From positions 27,651 to 91,650 of the forward strand of contig CAMTJU010000002.1 in assembly GCA_947073045.1 (NCBI GenBank): DNA of 64,000 nucleotides. Reading direction: 5' to 3'. Position 1 is the first letter of the stretch. Every line of letters starts with the position of its first letter. Source of the DNA: an uncultured Clostridia bacterium (lineage in GTDB: Bacteria > Bacillota > Clostridia > Lachnospirales > CAMVHY01). A program made the translations under genes and the position numbers. The notes beneath the pieces were generated by a model. The model saw only the letters and a program-made list of their open reading frames with translations, had not been told where the DNA came from and ran no database searches. Of this stretch, positions 46,584 to 56,476 are shown in pieces.

Positions 46584-46649
46584 AAGCTTGTATTTAGCAC
46601 ATAAAATTTGTTAAAATTAATTATATTTTAATGAAAGTTGGAGAAACGT

Positions 46650-48080
46650 ATGATAAAAGATATTGAACCTGCTGCAGTATTTAATTTTTTTTCTCAAATA
46701 TCAAAAATACCGCGCGAGTCTGAACACGAACAAAAAATTTGCAAATATATCCTGGATTTTGCAAAGACGCGTAATTTAGAATTTTATACAGATAAAATGA
46801 TGAATGTAGTTATCAAAAAATGTGCGCAAAATTTCACTGGTCAGCCAGTCCCAATCATTTTCCAAAGCCATATGGATATGGTTTGCGTAAAGAAAGTTTC
46901 AAGCAATCACAATTTTAGAACTGATTCGCTTGATTTGTATTCTGACGGCAAATTTATCATGGCTAAGGATACGAGTTTGGGAGCAGACGATGGAATTGGT
47001 GTTGCAATTATGCTTGCAATTTTGGATGATAAAAATATTTCTCATCCAGATTTGGAATGCGTATTTACAACCGATGAAGAAATAAATTTGTCTGGTGCAC
47101 AGTTTTTAGATAAAAGCATACTTAATGGCAAAATGATGATAAATTTGGACAATGAGACATTTGGCAGAATTTGCGTAAGTAGTGCCGGCGGAATTATATC
47201 TGATTTACATTTGCCTGTTAATTTGATTGATATGCCGCAAAATTTTTCGACTTTTAAATTAAATATTACAGGTTTAAATGGCGGACATTCAGGAATTGAA
47301 ATAAATAAAGGACTTGCAAATGCAAATGTTTTATGTGGACGATTTTTGAATATGCTAAATGAGAAAGTATATATAAAAAATATAGCTGGTGGCGAATTCG
47401 ACAGCTATATTGCTAATCATGCCCAAATTGAATTTGCAATAGAAAAAAATTTTTCAGATAAGCTACAAAATATCTTTAGCCAGTTTAAAACTGAAATAAT
47501 GCATGAATATTCGCAAGTTGAAAAAAATATTAAATTCGAACTGCAAAACACAAACGCAACTGGAAAAATATTTGATAAATCGAGTACACAAAAAACTATT
47601 TTTGCTCTTATGACACTTCCTAATGGCCCTATTACAATGAATAACAATGACTTGGTTGAAACTTCAAGCAATCTGGGAAAAGTTGAAGTGGTTCAAAACG
47701 AAATTATATTTACATCTCTTTCAAGAAGTATGCTGGATTCAAAAAAGTATTACATATCCGATATAATTAAATGTATATCCGATAAAATTGGCGGATATAT
47801 AAAATACATGGGAGATTTTCCGGGCTGGAATTATAATAAAAATTCACTTTTGCAAAATAAAATTGAGAATGAGTTTACAAAACTCGGTTATGGTATAATG
47901 AACATTGAAGCAATTCATGCTGGTCTTGAATGCGGCTATTTTGCAATGAAAAATATTGACATAGTATCTATTGGTCCAAATATTTTTGACTGCCATACGG
48001 TAAATGAAAAACTTGATATAGAATCTGTCCAAAAGCTTTGGAAGTTACTTATAAATTTCTTGCAAAATCTAAATGCTTAA
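46650..48080 (+). CDS. pepD: Aminoacyl-histidine dipeptidase (M20C, PepD)
   Basis: IEPAAVFNFFSQISKIPRESEHE start typical of PepD, metal-site motifs HMDMV and GADDGIGVA. ATG 46650 follows GGAG. Confidence 0.8.
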   Translation: MIKDIEPAAVFNFFSQISKIPRESEHEQKICKYILDFAKTRNLEFYTDKMMNVVIKKCAQNFTGQPVPIIFQSHMDMVCVKKVSSNHNFRTDSLDLYSDGKFIMAKDTSLGADDGIGVAIMLAILDDKNISHPDLECVFTTDEEINLSGAQFLDKSILNGKMMINLDNETFGRICVSSAGGIISDLHLPVNLIDMPQNFSTFKLNITGLNGGHSGIEINKGLANANVLCGRFLNMLNEKVYIKNIAGGEFDSYIANHAQIEFAIEKNFSDKLQNIFSQFKTEIMHEYSQVEKNIKFELQNTNATGKIFDKSSTQKTIFALMTLPNGPITMNNNDLVETSSNLGKVEVVQNEIIFTSLSRSMLDSKKYYISDIIKCISDKIGGYIKYMGDFPGWNYNKNSLLQNKIENEFTKLGYGIMNIEAIHAGLECGYFAMKNIDIVSIGPNIFDCHTVNEKLDIESVQKLWKLLINFLQNLNA

Positions 48081-48105
48081 AATTAAATCCTAAGGAGCAA
48101 AAATT

Positions 48106-49128
48106 ATGAATGAAGAAAAAGCTAAGGCATTAAAAAATGCCTTGACTCTTATAGAAAAACAATTTGGAAAAGGAACCGTTATGCAGCTTGGACAAGCTTG
48201 TAATCAAAAAGTGCCTGTTGTTTCTACAGGTATTATGAGCTTGGATGTTGCACTTGGTGTTGGTGGTTTGCCTAAAGGCAGAATAATTGAAATATACGGT
48301 CCGGAATCATCAGGTAAAACAACAGTTGCTTTGCACGTAGTTGCGCAAGTACAAAAAGCAGGCGGTATTGTGAGCTATATAGATGCGGAGCATGCAATGG
48401 ACCCTGTGTACGCAAAAAACTTAGGTGTAAATATTGATGAACTTTATATATCGCAACCTGATAATGGCGAACAAGCTTTAGAAATTGCAGAATCTATGCT
48501 TCGCTCAAATGCAATAGATTTAGTTGTTATAGATTCTGTTGCCGCACTTGTTCCAAAAGCTGAAATCGATGGTTTAATGGGAGATTCGCACATGGGTGCA
48601 CAAGCTCGGCTTATGTCGCAAGCACTTCGTAAATTAACAGGAGTTACTAATAAATCAAATGCAATTGTTATATTTATAAATCAATTGCGCCAGAAGATTG
48701 GTGTAATTTACGGAAATCCTGAAACTACTACAGGTGGCCGCGCTCTAAAATTTTATGCATCGGTAAGGATAGATATAAGAAAAAGTGAAGCATTGAAAAA
48801 CGGTGATGAAATTTATGGTAACCGAACAAAAGTTAAAATAGCTAAAAATAAAGTTGCTCCGCCATTTAAAACTTGTGAATTCGATATAATTTATGGCGAG
48901 GGCGTATCCAGAGAAGGAGATGTTTTAGATCTAGCAGTAAGTTTAGATTTAATAAATAAAAGTGGTGCGTGGTATTCGTACCAAGATACAAGAATTGGTC
49001 AAGGCCGTGAGAATGCAAAAAAATTTTTGAAAGAAAATCCGGATGTGTTTGAAAAACTGGAGAAAGAAATTCGAAAAAATTATCACTTGGATGAGGAAAA
49101 CGAGGCGCAAAAAGAAAATGAAGAATAG
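48106..49128 (+). CDS. recA: Recombinase RecA
   Basis: Walker [16 protein letters not shown], and L1/L2 loop regions; AAGGAG SD. Confidence 0.97.
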   Translation: MNEEKAKALKNALTLIEKQFGKGTVMQLGQACNQKVPVVSTGIMSLDVALGVGGLPKGRIIEIYGPESSGKTTVALHVVAQVQKAGGIVSYIDAEHAMDPVYAKNLGVNIDELYISQPDNGEQALEIAESMLRSNAIDLVVIDSVAALVPKAEIDGLMGDSHMGAQARLMSQALRKLTGVTNKSNAIVIFINQLRQKIGVIYGNPETTTGGRALKFYASVRIDIRKSEALKNGDEIYGNRTKVKIAKNKVAPPFKTCEFDIIYGEGVSREGDVLDLAVSLDLINKSGAWYSYQDTRIGQGRENAKKFLKENPDVFEKLEKEIRKNYHLDEENEAQKENEE

Positions 49129-49735
49129 ATTCATTACTTTTGAAGGAATTGATGGATCGGGCAAATCTACGCAAATACAAATGCTTTATGAGTATCTAAG
49201 TGAAAAAAATGAAAAAGTCTTGTTGATACGCGAACCCGGTACTACTTCAATTGGTGAGAAAATTCGGGAAATATTAACGGATAAAAAAAATAATGCCATG
49301 TCGTATATGACAGAGGCATTATTATTTATGTCTTCACGCGCACAGCTTGTCCATGAAATAATTATCCCGGCACTCAAAGAAAATACTATTGTCATTTGTG
49401 ATAGATTTATTGATTCAAGTGTAGTATACCAAGGAATTGGTCGGGGTCTTGGTAAAGAATTTATAGAAAATCTAAATCAAGCAGTTACATGCAATATAAT
49501 GCCCGATATAACTTTTTTTTTGGACATAAAACCAGAAGATGTTTGGCTTCGAAAAATTGGGCTAGAAGAATCAGATCGGCTTGAAGCTGAAAGTCTCGAT
49601 TTCCACAGCAAAATCTATAATGCGTATAAAATGCTTGCATCCAAGAACAAAAACCGAATTGTAACTATTGACGCAAATAACACTCCAGAGGTTATGCACC
49701 AAAATATAATTGATGCTATAAACACTAGATTTTAA
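49118..49735 (+). CDS. tmk: Thymidylate kinase
   Basis: [16 protein letters not shown]-loop, DRF motif. True start ATG 49118 overlaps the recA 3' end by 11 nt; the track start is over-extended in the recA +1 frame. Confidence 0.9.
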   Translation: MKNRFITFEGIDGSGKSTQIQMLYEYLSEKNEKVLLIREPGTTSIGEKIREILTDKKNNAMSYMTEALLFMSSRAQLVHEIIIPALKENTIVICDRFIDSSVVYQGIGRGLGKEFIENLNQAVTCNIMPDITFFLDIKPEDVWLRKIGLEESDRLEAESLDFHSKIYNAYKMLASKNKNRIVTIDANNTPEVMHQNIIDAINTRF

Positions 49736-49764
49736 AATAATAAATAAAACATATGCTCTTTTAG

Positions 49765-49803
49765 AAAAACAGCTCATATAAAATTTGTATGAGCTGTTTT
49801 TTT
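49765..49803. terminator. Bidirectional terminator between tmk and relA
   Basis: CAGCTCATA / TATGAGCTG stem flanked by an A-run and a T-run. Confidence 0.7.
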
Positions 49804-49868
49804 AATGGAGCTATTTTTTTTATAATAAAGCGTGAATTAATTTCATATAGTGCTTATAAAATTCAATA

Positions 49869-52085
49869 TCAATTGTTTTTATCTCGATTTATTTCGTTTA
49901 CACCATTTATTTGCAAAAGTTTATTACATAAATTTTCAAGTTCTTGCCTGCTGCCAATCTCTAATCCAATATCAAATATGACTTTAGATTTATTTGAATG
50001 AGAATTTATTAGTCGCAGGATTATTTTTTCATTGGCTAATAATTTTGTTATTGATGCTAAAATTCCTGTTATGTCTTCACAAATTAATTTTATCTGCGTG
50101 TAATAGTTTGCGTTTTCTTTTTCGGTATGCCAGTGCGCCTCGATTAATCTTTGGCGGTTATATTCATCCAGATTGATTATATTTTTGCAATCAGTTCTGT
50201 GCAAAGATATTCCTCTTCCGCGCGTTATAAATCCTACAATTTCATCGCCTGGAACCGGTGAGCAACATTTTGAAAATCTTACATTTACGTCTCCCACTCC
50301 ATTGACAATTATCGGCTGAGATTTTTTATTTTGTTGACCCATATGAGTTTTTTTGGGCGCATCCTCTATTTTATAAACCTTTTTGTATTCTTCATATAAT
50401 TTATTAATTACAATGCCTTCTTTAATTGCGCCGTGTCCAATTGCTGCATAAATAGTATCAAAATTATTGAAATTATATTTTGCAAGAACAAGATTTATTG
50501 CGCTTGGTATCAATAAGTCAACTAGTGAAACATTTTTCTTTTTTGCTTCTCTTTCAAGTATTTCTTTACCGCGTTGAATATTTTCAATTTTGTTTTCTTG
50601 TTTGAACCATTGATGAATTTTATTTCTAGCGTGACTTGTTTTTACAATCTTGAGCCAATTCAATTTAGGGCCAGTAGAGTTTTGGCTCGTTATAATCTCT
50701 ACACGATCTCCTGTTTTCAAAACGTAATCAATTGGCATAATCTTTCCATTAACTTTTGCGCCAACCATTTTATTGCCAACAGCACTATGAATTGCGTATG
50801 CAAAATCAATTGGTGTTGAGCCACTTAGTAAGCTAATAACTTCTCCGCGCGGACTAAAGCAATAAACATGAGATTGATATATATTTAAATCAAACTTCAA
50901 TGCGTTTAAGTAATCCTTGTTGTCGTTCAATTCTTTTTGCCATTCTAAAATTTGCTTGAGCCATGCAAGTTTAGCTTTTTCACTGTCTTGCTTGTCATTA
51001 TTGAACGCGCCCGCTTTGTATTTCCAATGGGCCGCAATTCCATATTCAGCTACACGATGCATTTGCTTTGTTCTAATTTGAATTTCAAAAGGTTCACCGT
51101 CCGGACCAATTAAAGTTGAGTGGAGCGACTGATACATATTTGATTTAGGCATTGCAATATAATCCTTAAATCTGCCAGGGATTGGTTTATACATTTCATG
51201 AATAATTCCCAAAACGGCATAACAATCATGAACAGTATTGACTATAGCGCGTACGGCAAACAAATCATAAATTTGATCAAATGTTTTATTTTTGGAAACC
51301 ATTTTCTTATAGATACTGAAAAAATGTTTAGGGCGTCCTTCAACTTTTGCCTCTATGCCGTATTTTTCAAGCTGTGTTTTTACTTGTTCAATTATTTTTT
51401 CAACATAAGCAATTCTTTCTTCCTGGCACAACTTTATTTTTTTTGATAGTTCGTTATATTCATTTGTATTTAGATAATAAAAAGATAAATCCTCAAGCTG
51501 ATAGCGAATTTTTGAAATACCAAGACGATGTGCAATGGGGGCATAGATATCTAAAGTTTCTTGAGCTATTCTTTTTTGTTTTTCAGGACGCACATAAATT
51601 AACGTACGCATATTATGCAAACGGTCCGCTATTTTTATTAATACGACACGAATATCTTTTGCCATTGCCATAAACATTTTGCGGTAATTTTCAGCTTGTA
51701 ATTCCTCTTTTGAAACATACTCTATTTTATCAAGTTTAGTAACTCCGTCCACAAGATCTGCAATTTCCTGTCCAAATATATTTTTTATATCATCGTAAGT
51801 ATAATCAGTATCTTCGATAATATCGTGAAGAATACCGGCAGCGATAGATTCCAAGTCTAATTCCAAATTTGATAAAATTATTGCAACAGAAAGTGGATGA
51901 ATAATATATGGTTCACCAGATTTTCTAAATTGATTTTTGTGAGCGTCACTTGCAATTTTATATGCTTTTTCTATAACATCAAAATTTTCAGATGGATGAT
52001 ATCGCTCTAAATTTTTTATTAATTCTTGATAAAGTTCTGACTCGTTTATAAAAATCATCTCCAATACGAAAATATTGTACTTCAA
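49869..52085 (-). CDS. relA: Bifunctional (p)ppGpp synthetase/hydrolase (RelA/SpoT homologue)
   Basis: HD hydrolase domain (HPLSVA..LHDIIEDT), synthetase domain (RPKHFFSIYKKM), TGS and ACT domains. Start uncertain (TTG 52085 or ATG 52058). Confidence 0.95.
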   Translation of the reverse strand: MKYNIFVLEMIFINESELYQELIKNLERYHPSENFDVIEKAYKIASDAHKNQFRKSGEPYIIHPLSVAIILSNLELDLESIAAGILHDIIEDTDYTYDDIKNIFGQEIADLVDGVTKLDKIEYVSKEELQAENYRKMFMAMAKDIRVVLIKIADRLHNMRTLIYVRPEKQKRIAQETLDIYAPIAHRLGISKIRYQLEDLSFYYLNTNEYNELSKKIKLCQEERIAYVEKIIEQVKTQLEKYGIEAKVEGRPKHFFSIYKKMVSKNKTFDQIYDLFAVRAIVNTVHDCYAVLGIIHEMYKPIPGRFKDYIAMPKSNMYQSLHSTLIGPDGEPFEIQIRTKQMHRVAEYGIAAHWKYKAGAFNNDKQDSEKAKLAWLKQILEWQKELNDNKDYLNALKFDLNIYQSHVYCFSPRGEVISLLSGSTPIDFAYAIHSAVGNKMVGAKVNGKIMPIDYVLKTGDRVEIITSQNSTGPKLNWLKIVKTSHARNKIHQWFKQENKIENIQRGKEILEREAKKKNVSLVDLLIPSAINLVLAKYNFNNFDTIYAAIGHGAIKEGIVINKLYEEYKKVYKIEDAPKKTHMGQQNKKSQPIIVNGVGDVNVRFSKCCSPVPGDEIVGFITRGRGISLHRTDCKNIINLDEYNRQRLIEAHWHTEKENANYYTQIKLICEDITGILASITKLLANEKIILRLINSHSNKSKVIFDIGLEIGSRQELENLCNKLLQINGVNEINRDKNN

Positions 52086-52357
52086 ATTTTAATTCATATA
52101 TCGTCAAAAATCAATTTTAATTTGCTTGTAAATTTTTGTACAAAAAAACATAAGCTTTATATAAACCCTTGTTTGATATTTGTGTGATTATTCAATTGAA
52201 TTTTTGGTTTAAATTTTTTATAAGCCTTCGATTATTATTAACATTGTGCAAAATAAAATCACCATAAGATTTTTATTTAAATCAATTAATTCATTTTTTT
52301 GTCGCAATTTTCTTTTAGAAAGCAGAGTAAATAAATTTAATTTCAGTCGAGAAACAA

Positions 52358-52386
52358 TTGAATTTAGATAATTAATATGATAAAAT
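52358..52386 (+). promoter_or_regulatory. Candidate sigma-A promoter of the 955-aa paralogue
   Basis: TTGAAT (52358-52363), 17-nt spacer, TAAAAT (52381-52386). About 58 bp, including both hexamers, is near-identical to the region upstream of the 486-aa paralogue. Confidence 0.5.
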
Positions 52387-52455
52387 AAATATGCAAATAA
52401 ATATGTAAACTTCACTCTAGTTAAAATATAAGGATGTATGATTGGAGGGGTTAGT

Positions 52456-55323
52456 ATGTCAGAAAAGGGCAGTAATTCAGATAGCTTGGAAGAGTTAAAT
52501 ACAAATAATAATAACAACAGTGTCGTTGCAACAGAAGAAAGCTCTCAGCAAGTTAGTCCAGAAGAAATTGAAAGAAGAAAAAGAGAAGCAGAAGAATTGT
52601 TTAAAAAATATGTTTTGTATTTTTCAACTGAGCAAGCTTGGCAAGAAATTGAAAATTATGAATATGAGGTAGTACTGCATAGTTATAGAAATGCAGGTAC
52701 TGTATGTGCGAATAGACATATAAGTTTTTGTTTAAATACGTTAATTGATTATATAACTTCATCGGAAAATCATTTTCGAAAAAGTAGTTTTAAAGATTTT
52801 TTTGATTTGAGAGCTTGTGATAGGAACGCACACGAATTACCGTACAATCCATTTTTACCAGAATTATCAGAAGATAAAATATCTACGAATGCAACTTTGA
52901 TAGATAGAAGACCTTATAATTCTGTTGTATATCGTGTCGTTAGTATGATAAAAGTTCCACAAAATGTTTCTGAAGATCAAAAACGTAAAATTTCAAAAAT
53001 CAAACAAGAAGTTGGGGATTTGGTTAATTATTTTGAGCTTGCTAATACAAAAATCAGTCCCAGATTGTATCGCAGAATACTGAGAAATTATCCAAATGCA
53101 ACTCATGAGCAGATATTAATAGCTTCTGTGATTTATAGTTATTTTCCATGGTATAATAAGGGTAGCGTTTTTACTTACTTTTCTAAAGAAGACTTAGATA
53201 AAATATACAAGATTTTGTCGTATTCATTTTTAATTAATGATTCTGCAAAGAAAGAAGCTTTTCTCAGATATTCTTTCAGATATTTATATAGCAACAGGAA
53301 AGATAAATCGTCTGACAAATTTGAGAAATTTAAAAACACTTTTGCGGAAAAAGTTGATGAAATTGGTTTGAAATCTGAAGATTTTTCAATTACGAATTTG
53401 GATAAATTTTCAAATGATGAGCAAGAATTTATTACAACTTGGATCAAATCTCTGGATTTTATGGAAATTATAATGGATGGAAATGTTGTAAAAAATCTTT
53501 GTACTTATTGCAAAATCTATGCTAAAAATCCAATAGAAGTTATCAAAGATATGAAACTTTCTTATAAAGAAAATCATAATGGTGCAGAATTACCAAACTC
53601 GGATTTGCAAGCATTATTAGATGTGGATGTAATTGAATCTCTAAGTGAATTTGAAAATATTATAAATCCAGAATTTCTTACTGTTGAAAGAATACAACAA
53701 ATATCTCAAAATGAAAAATTAAAAGAAATAATTGTTGCTTCACTTATTAATAATTCATTTAATGTATTTGCATATAATGGTTCTAATTATTTTCCGCCAA
53801 ATTATCTTTCACAAAATCCAGAGTTTTCTTCATTATTTCTTATTTACAGTGAGTATGTAGTACCATGCGATAAGGAAATTAGTGCGGATTTCTTACTTGA
53901 AATAATGAATTATGTAGTAAATAATTGGAATGATTTTATTTCTAGGTTTGAAACTTCTAAAGAAGATGCTATTGATGGGCAATATAATTTTTTTGCAAAT
54001 TTGTTAGGTTTTAAATTAAATAGTAATAAGGAATATACATATGATCCCAGTAATGCAATTTATAAATTAAATAGTTTAGAAGATAATCCATCAAATGAAA
54101 AAATATTAAAAATTATAGCAGCATTGCAAGCGTTTTGGTTAGGATTTGCTGGTTTTCGTGGGCGTTTTTCAGATAATTTAACATTGATAACTATAAGTAT
54201 ATTAGAAAATCCTTCAAATATTACGAATTTTATTAGTGGATTTGATATTAATCAATTAATAAAATGTATTAATGCTAACGGTGCTTACAAAGGAAAATTA
54301 ATTGAAATACTTTCTTTTTTAGATTTAAATACAGTAGTTGCAAAAAATATATTAAGCAACGAAAATATTGCCAAATTGTACGAAAATGAAAATTTAAAAC
54401 AAAAAGTAATAGATGAAAAACGGAAATTGTTACCAGAAGATTTTGATAAAGAAGATTTATCAGATAATTTATTATCTTGTTTATCTGAATCTGTTTTGCG
54501 ACAAAAAGAATTATTAATTAAATTGAAAGATTTAAATGATATAATATCCGAATTACCTAATAATGTTATAAATTGGGCAATTGCAAAACCTGATGAAATA
54601 CCTGTAATAAAAAATATAGTAACTGCACAAAGTGTAGATGATATTGAAAAAATTACAATACAAAAGCTTATAGAACAACGTAATGATTTTATGAATCCAA
54701 TATTTCCTTTTTTCGTTCAAAAACTTTTAAATAAAATTCCGTTTAACGAGATTAAAGATGAAAATAGCAAAGTATTAAATTTGCAACCTTTAAATAATGC
54801 CATTATAAAATATGCAGATTCAAAAGCAGGAAAAGGTGGTTTGTCAACTCAAGAAATGAATAATTTAGAATTTACTTTATCAAAATTTGATGATAATAAT
54901 TTGGAGCATGATATAAACACCGACTTGTATAAAAATATAGATTCACTACTTTTAGCCGAAAAAGAAACCCGTGATAATGAAAAAAAATTTATTATTACGC
55001 AAATATCTAAAATTTCACAGGAAAAAGAAACGAGAAAAGAAATTTTGTATGCCTTATGCAATGGGTTGATATTGAACAACCTTGATGACATTTATTATCT
55101 TAATAGATTACCTTCAATACTTCAAAAAGTTTCACAAAGCTTTAATGAACAAGAAACAAGAAGCATATTACTAGAAGCTTCAGATCCAAATTATATAACG
55201 ACACTTGTCAATGAAGCCAACAACAGTAAATTATATGATAAACAAAATCTTAAACATCCAATTGAACTTGCGCGTTCCTACTCGCCCCAAGTATCGCTAT
55301 CAAATCCAAATCCAGAAAGGTGA
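52456..55323 (+). CDS. Uncharacterised 955-aa protein (paralogue A)
   Basis: ATG 52456 lies 6 nt after GGAGGGG. No signal peptide, TM helix or catalytic motif recognised. N-terminal ~290 aa and the last ~10 aa align with the 486-aa ORF at 58249-59709. 6 nt upstream of hemW. Confidence 0.75.
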   Translation: MSEKGSNSDSLEELNTNNNNNSVVATEESSQQVSPEEIERRKREAEELFKKYVLYFSTEQAWQEIENYEYEVVLHSYRNAGTVCANRHISFCLNTLIDYITSSENHFRKSSFKDFFDLRACDRNAHELPYNPFLPELSEDKISTNATLIDRRPYNSVVYRVVSMIKVPQNVSEDQKRKISKIKQEVGDLVNYFELANTKISPRLYRRILRNYPNATHEQILIASVIYSYFPWYNKGSVFTYFSKEDLDKIYKILSYSFLINDSAKKEAFLRYSFRYLYSNRKDKSSDKFEKFKNTFAEKVDEIGLKSEDFSITNLDKFSNDEQEFITTWIKSLDFMEIIMDGNVVKNLCTYCKIYAKNPIEVIKDMKLSYKENHNGAELPNSDLQALLDVDVIESLSEFENIINPEFLTVERIQQISQNEKLKEIIVASLINNSFNVFAYNGSNYFPPNYLSQNPEFSSLFLIYSEYVVPCDKEISADFLLEIMNYVVNNWNDFISRFETSKEDAIDGQYNFFANLLGFKLNSNKEYTYDPSNAIYKLNSLEDNPSNEKILKIIAALQAFWLGFAGFRGRFSDNLTLITISILENPSNITNFISGFDINQLIKCINANGAYKGKLIEILSFLDLNTVVAKNILSNENIAKLYENENLKQKVIDEKRKLLPEDFDKEDLSDNLLSCLSESVLRQKELLIKLKDLNDIISELPNNVINWAIAKPDEIPVIKNIVTAQSVDDIEKITIQKLIEQRNDFMNPIFPFFVQKLLNKIPFNEIKDENSKVLNLQPLNNAIIKYADSKAGKGGLSTQEMNNLEFTLSKFDDNNLEHDINTDLYKNIDSLLLAEKETRDNEKKFIITQISKISQEKETRKEILYALCNGLILNNLDDIYYLNRLPSILQKVSQSFNEQETRSILLEASDPNYITTLVNEANNSKLYDKQNLKHPIELARSYSPQVSLSNPNPER

Positions 55324-55329
55324 ATCAAA

Positions 55330-56448
55330 ATGAAAACTGGGGTATATGTTCATATTCCCTTTTGCAAATCAAAATGTTTTTATTGCGATTTTGTTTCATT
55401 CCCACAGAAAAATTATGATGAATATGCAAAAAGATTAATACATGAGATGAAATTGTGTCAGGAACTTAAAAACTCAGTTGTAAAAACAATATTTATAGGA
55501 GGCGGAACACCGTCTCTTTTTTCTTGTGATATGATAGGCAAAATATTAAGCGCAATAAATTTTAAGTCTGACACAGAAATTACAATTGAGGCAAATCCCG
55601 AAAGCATTACAAAAGAAAAAATAGCAGCGTATAAATCTTACGGAATAAATAGAATCAGTATTGGTCTGCAGGCAATCCAAAGCAATTTGCTCAAAACCAT
55701 CGGGCGTATACATACATTTGAAATGTTTGAGAAAGCATATGAAATCGTAACGCAAAAATTTGATAATATAAATCTGGATTTGATGTTTGGGTTGCCGAAT
55801 CAAAATTTGAATGACTGGGAAAAAACACTGACATACATAAAAAAAATTGCGCCATCTCACGTTTCGCTCTACAGTCTGATAATTGAGGAAGGAACAAAAT
55901 TTTATCAAATGCAAAATGATTTGAAGCTGCCAGATGAAAGCATTGAACGCAAAATGTATCATATGGCAAAAGAAATTTTATTTGACGAATATTATCAATA
56001 TGAAATATCAAATTTTGCGCGTGTGGGCGATGGCAAAAAAAATTTTGAGTGCCAACACAACAAAATTTATTGGACACTCAAAAATTATTTAGGGTTTGGG
56101 CTCGCTGCCCATTCTTTTTTTAACGGCATGCGCTGGAACAACACATCCAACATGCAAAAATATTTGGCATCTGGCGGAAATATTCGCGAAAACATTATTG
56201 CCTCAACAAAAAAATCACTCATGGAAGAATTTATGTTTTTAGGTTTGCGAATGACGCGTGGTGTAAATAAAAATTTATTCAAAGAAAAATTTCACTTTGA
56301 TATAAAAGATATTTATGCAAAGCAAATTTCCTCGCTCATCAAGAAAAAATTGCTTTCAGAAAATGAAAACTTTATATATTTGACAGATTTGGGCATGGAT
56401 TTGGCAAATACTGCAATGTCAGAATTTATTTTAGATATGCTGTCGTGA
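55330..56448 (+). CDS. hemW: Radical SAM heme chaperone HemW (HemN-like, oxygen-independent coproporphyrinogen oxidase family)
   Basis: YVHIPFCKSKCFYCDF (CxxxCxxC) and a HemN_C-like C-terminus. Confidence 0.85.
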   Translation: MKTGVYVHIPFCKSKCFYCDFVSFPQKNYDEYAKRLIHEMKLCQELKNSVVKTIFIGGGTPSLFSCDMIGKILSAINFKSDTEITIEANPESITKEKIAAYKSYGINRISIGLQAIQSNLLKTIGRIHTFEMFEKAYEIVTQKFDNINLDLMFGLPNQNLNDWEKTLTYIKKIAPSHVSLYSLIIEEGTKFYQMQNDLKLPDESIERKMYHMAKEILFDEYYQYEISNFARVGDGKKNFECQHNKIYWTLKNYLGFGLAAHSFFNGMRWNNTSNMQKYLASGGNIRENIIASTKKSLMEEFMFLGLRMTRGVNKNLFKEKFHFDIKDIYAKQISSLIKKKLLSENENFIYLTDLGMDLANTAMSEFILDMLS

Positions 56449-56476
56449 TATTTTTCAAAAATGCTGCATGCAAAAA

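Noticed and set aside
52218-52517. 99-aa minus-strand ORF spanning the promoter and start of paralogue A.
   Set aside because: It overlaps the promoter, SD and first 20 codons of a much better supported gene, has no SD, and has a repeat-like hydrophobic composition.
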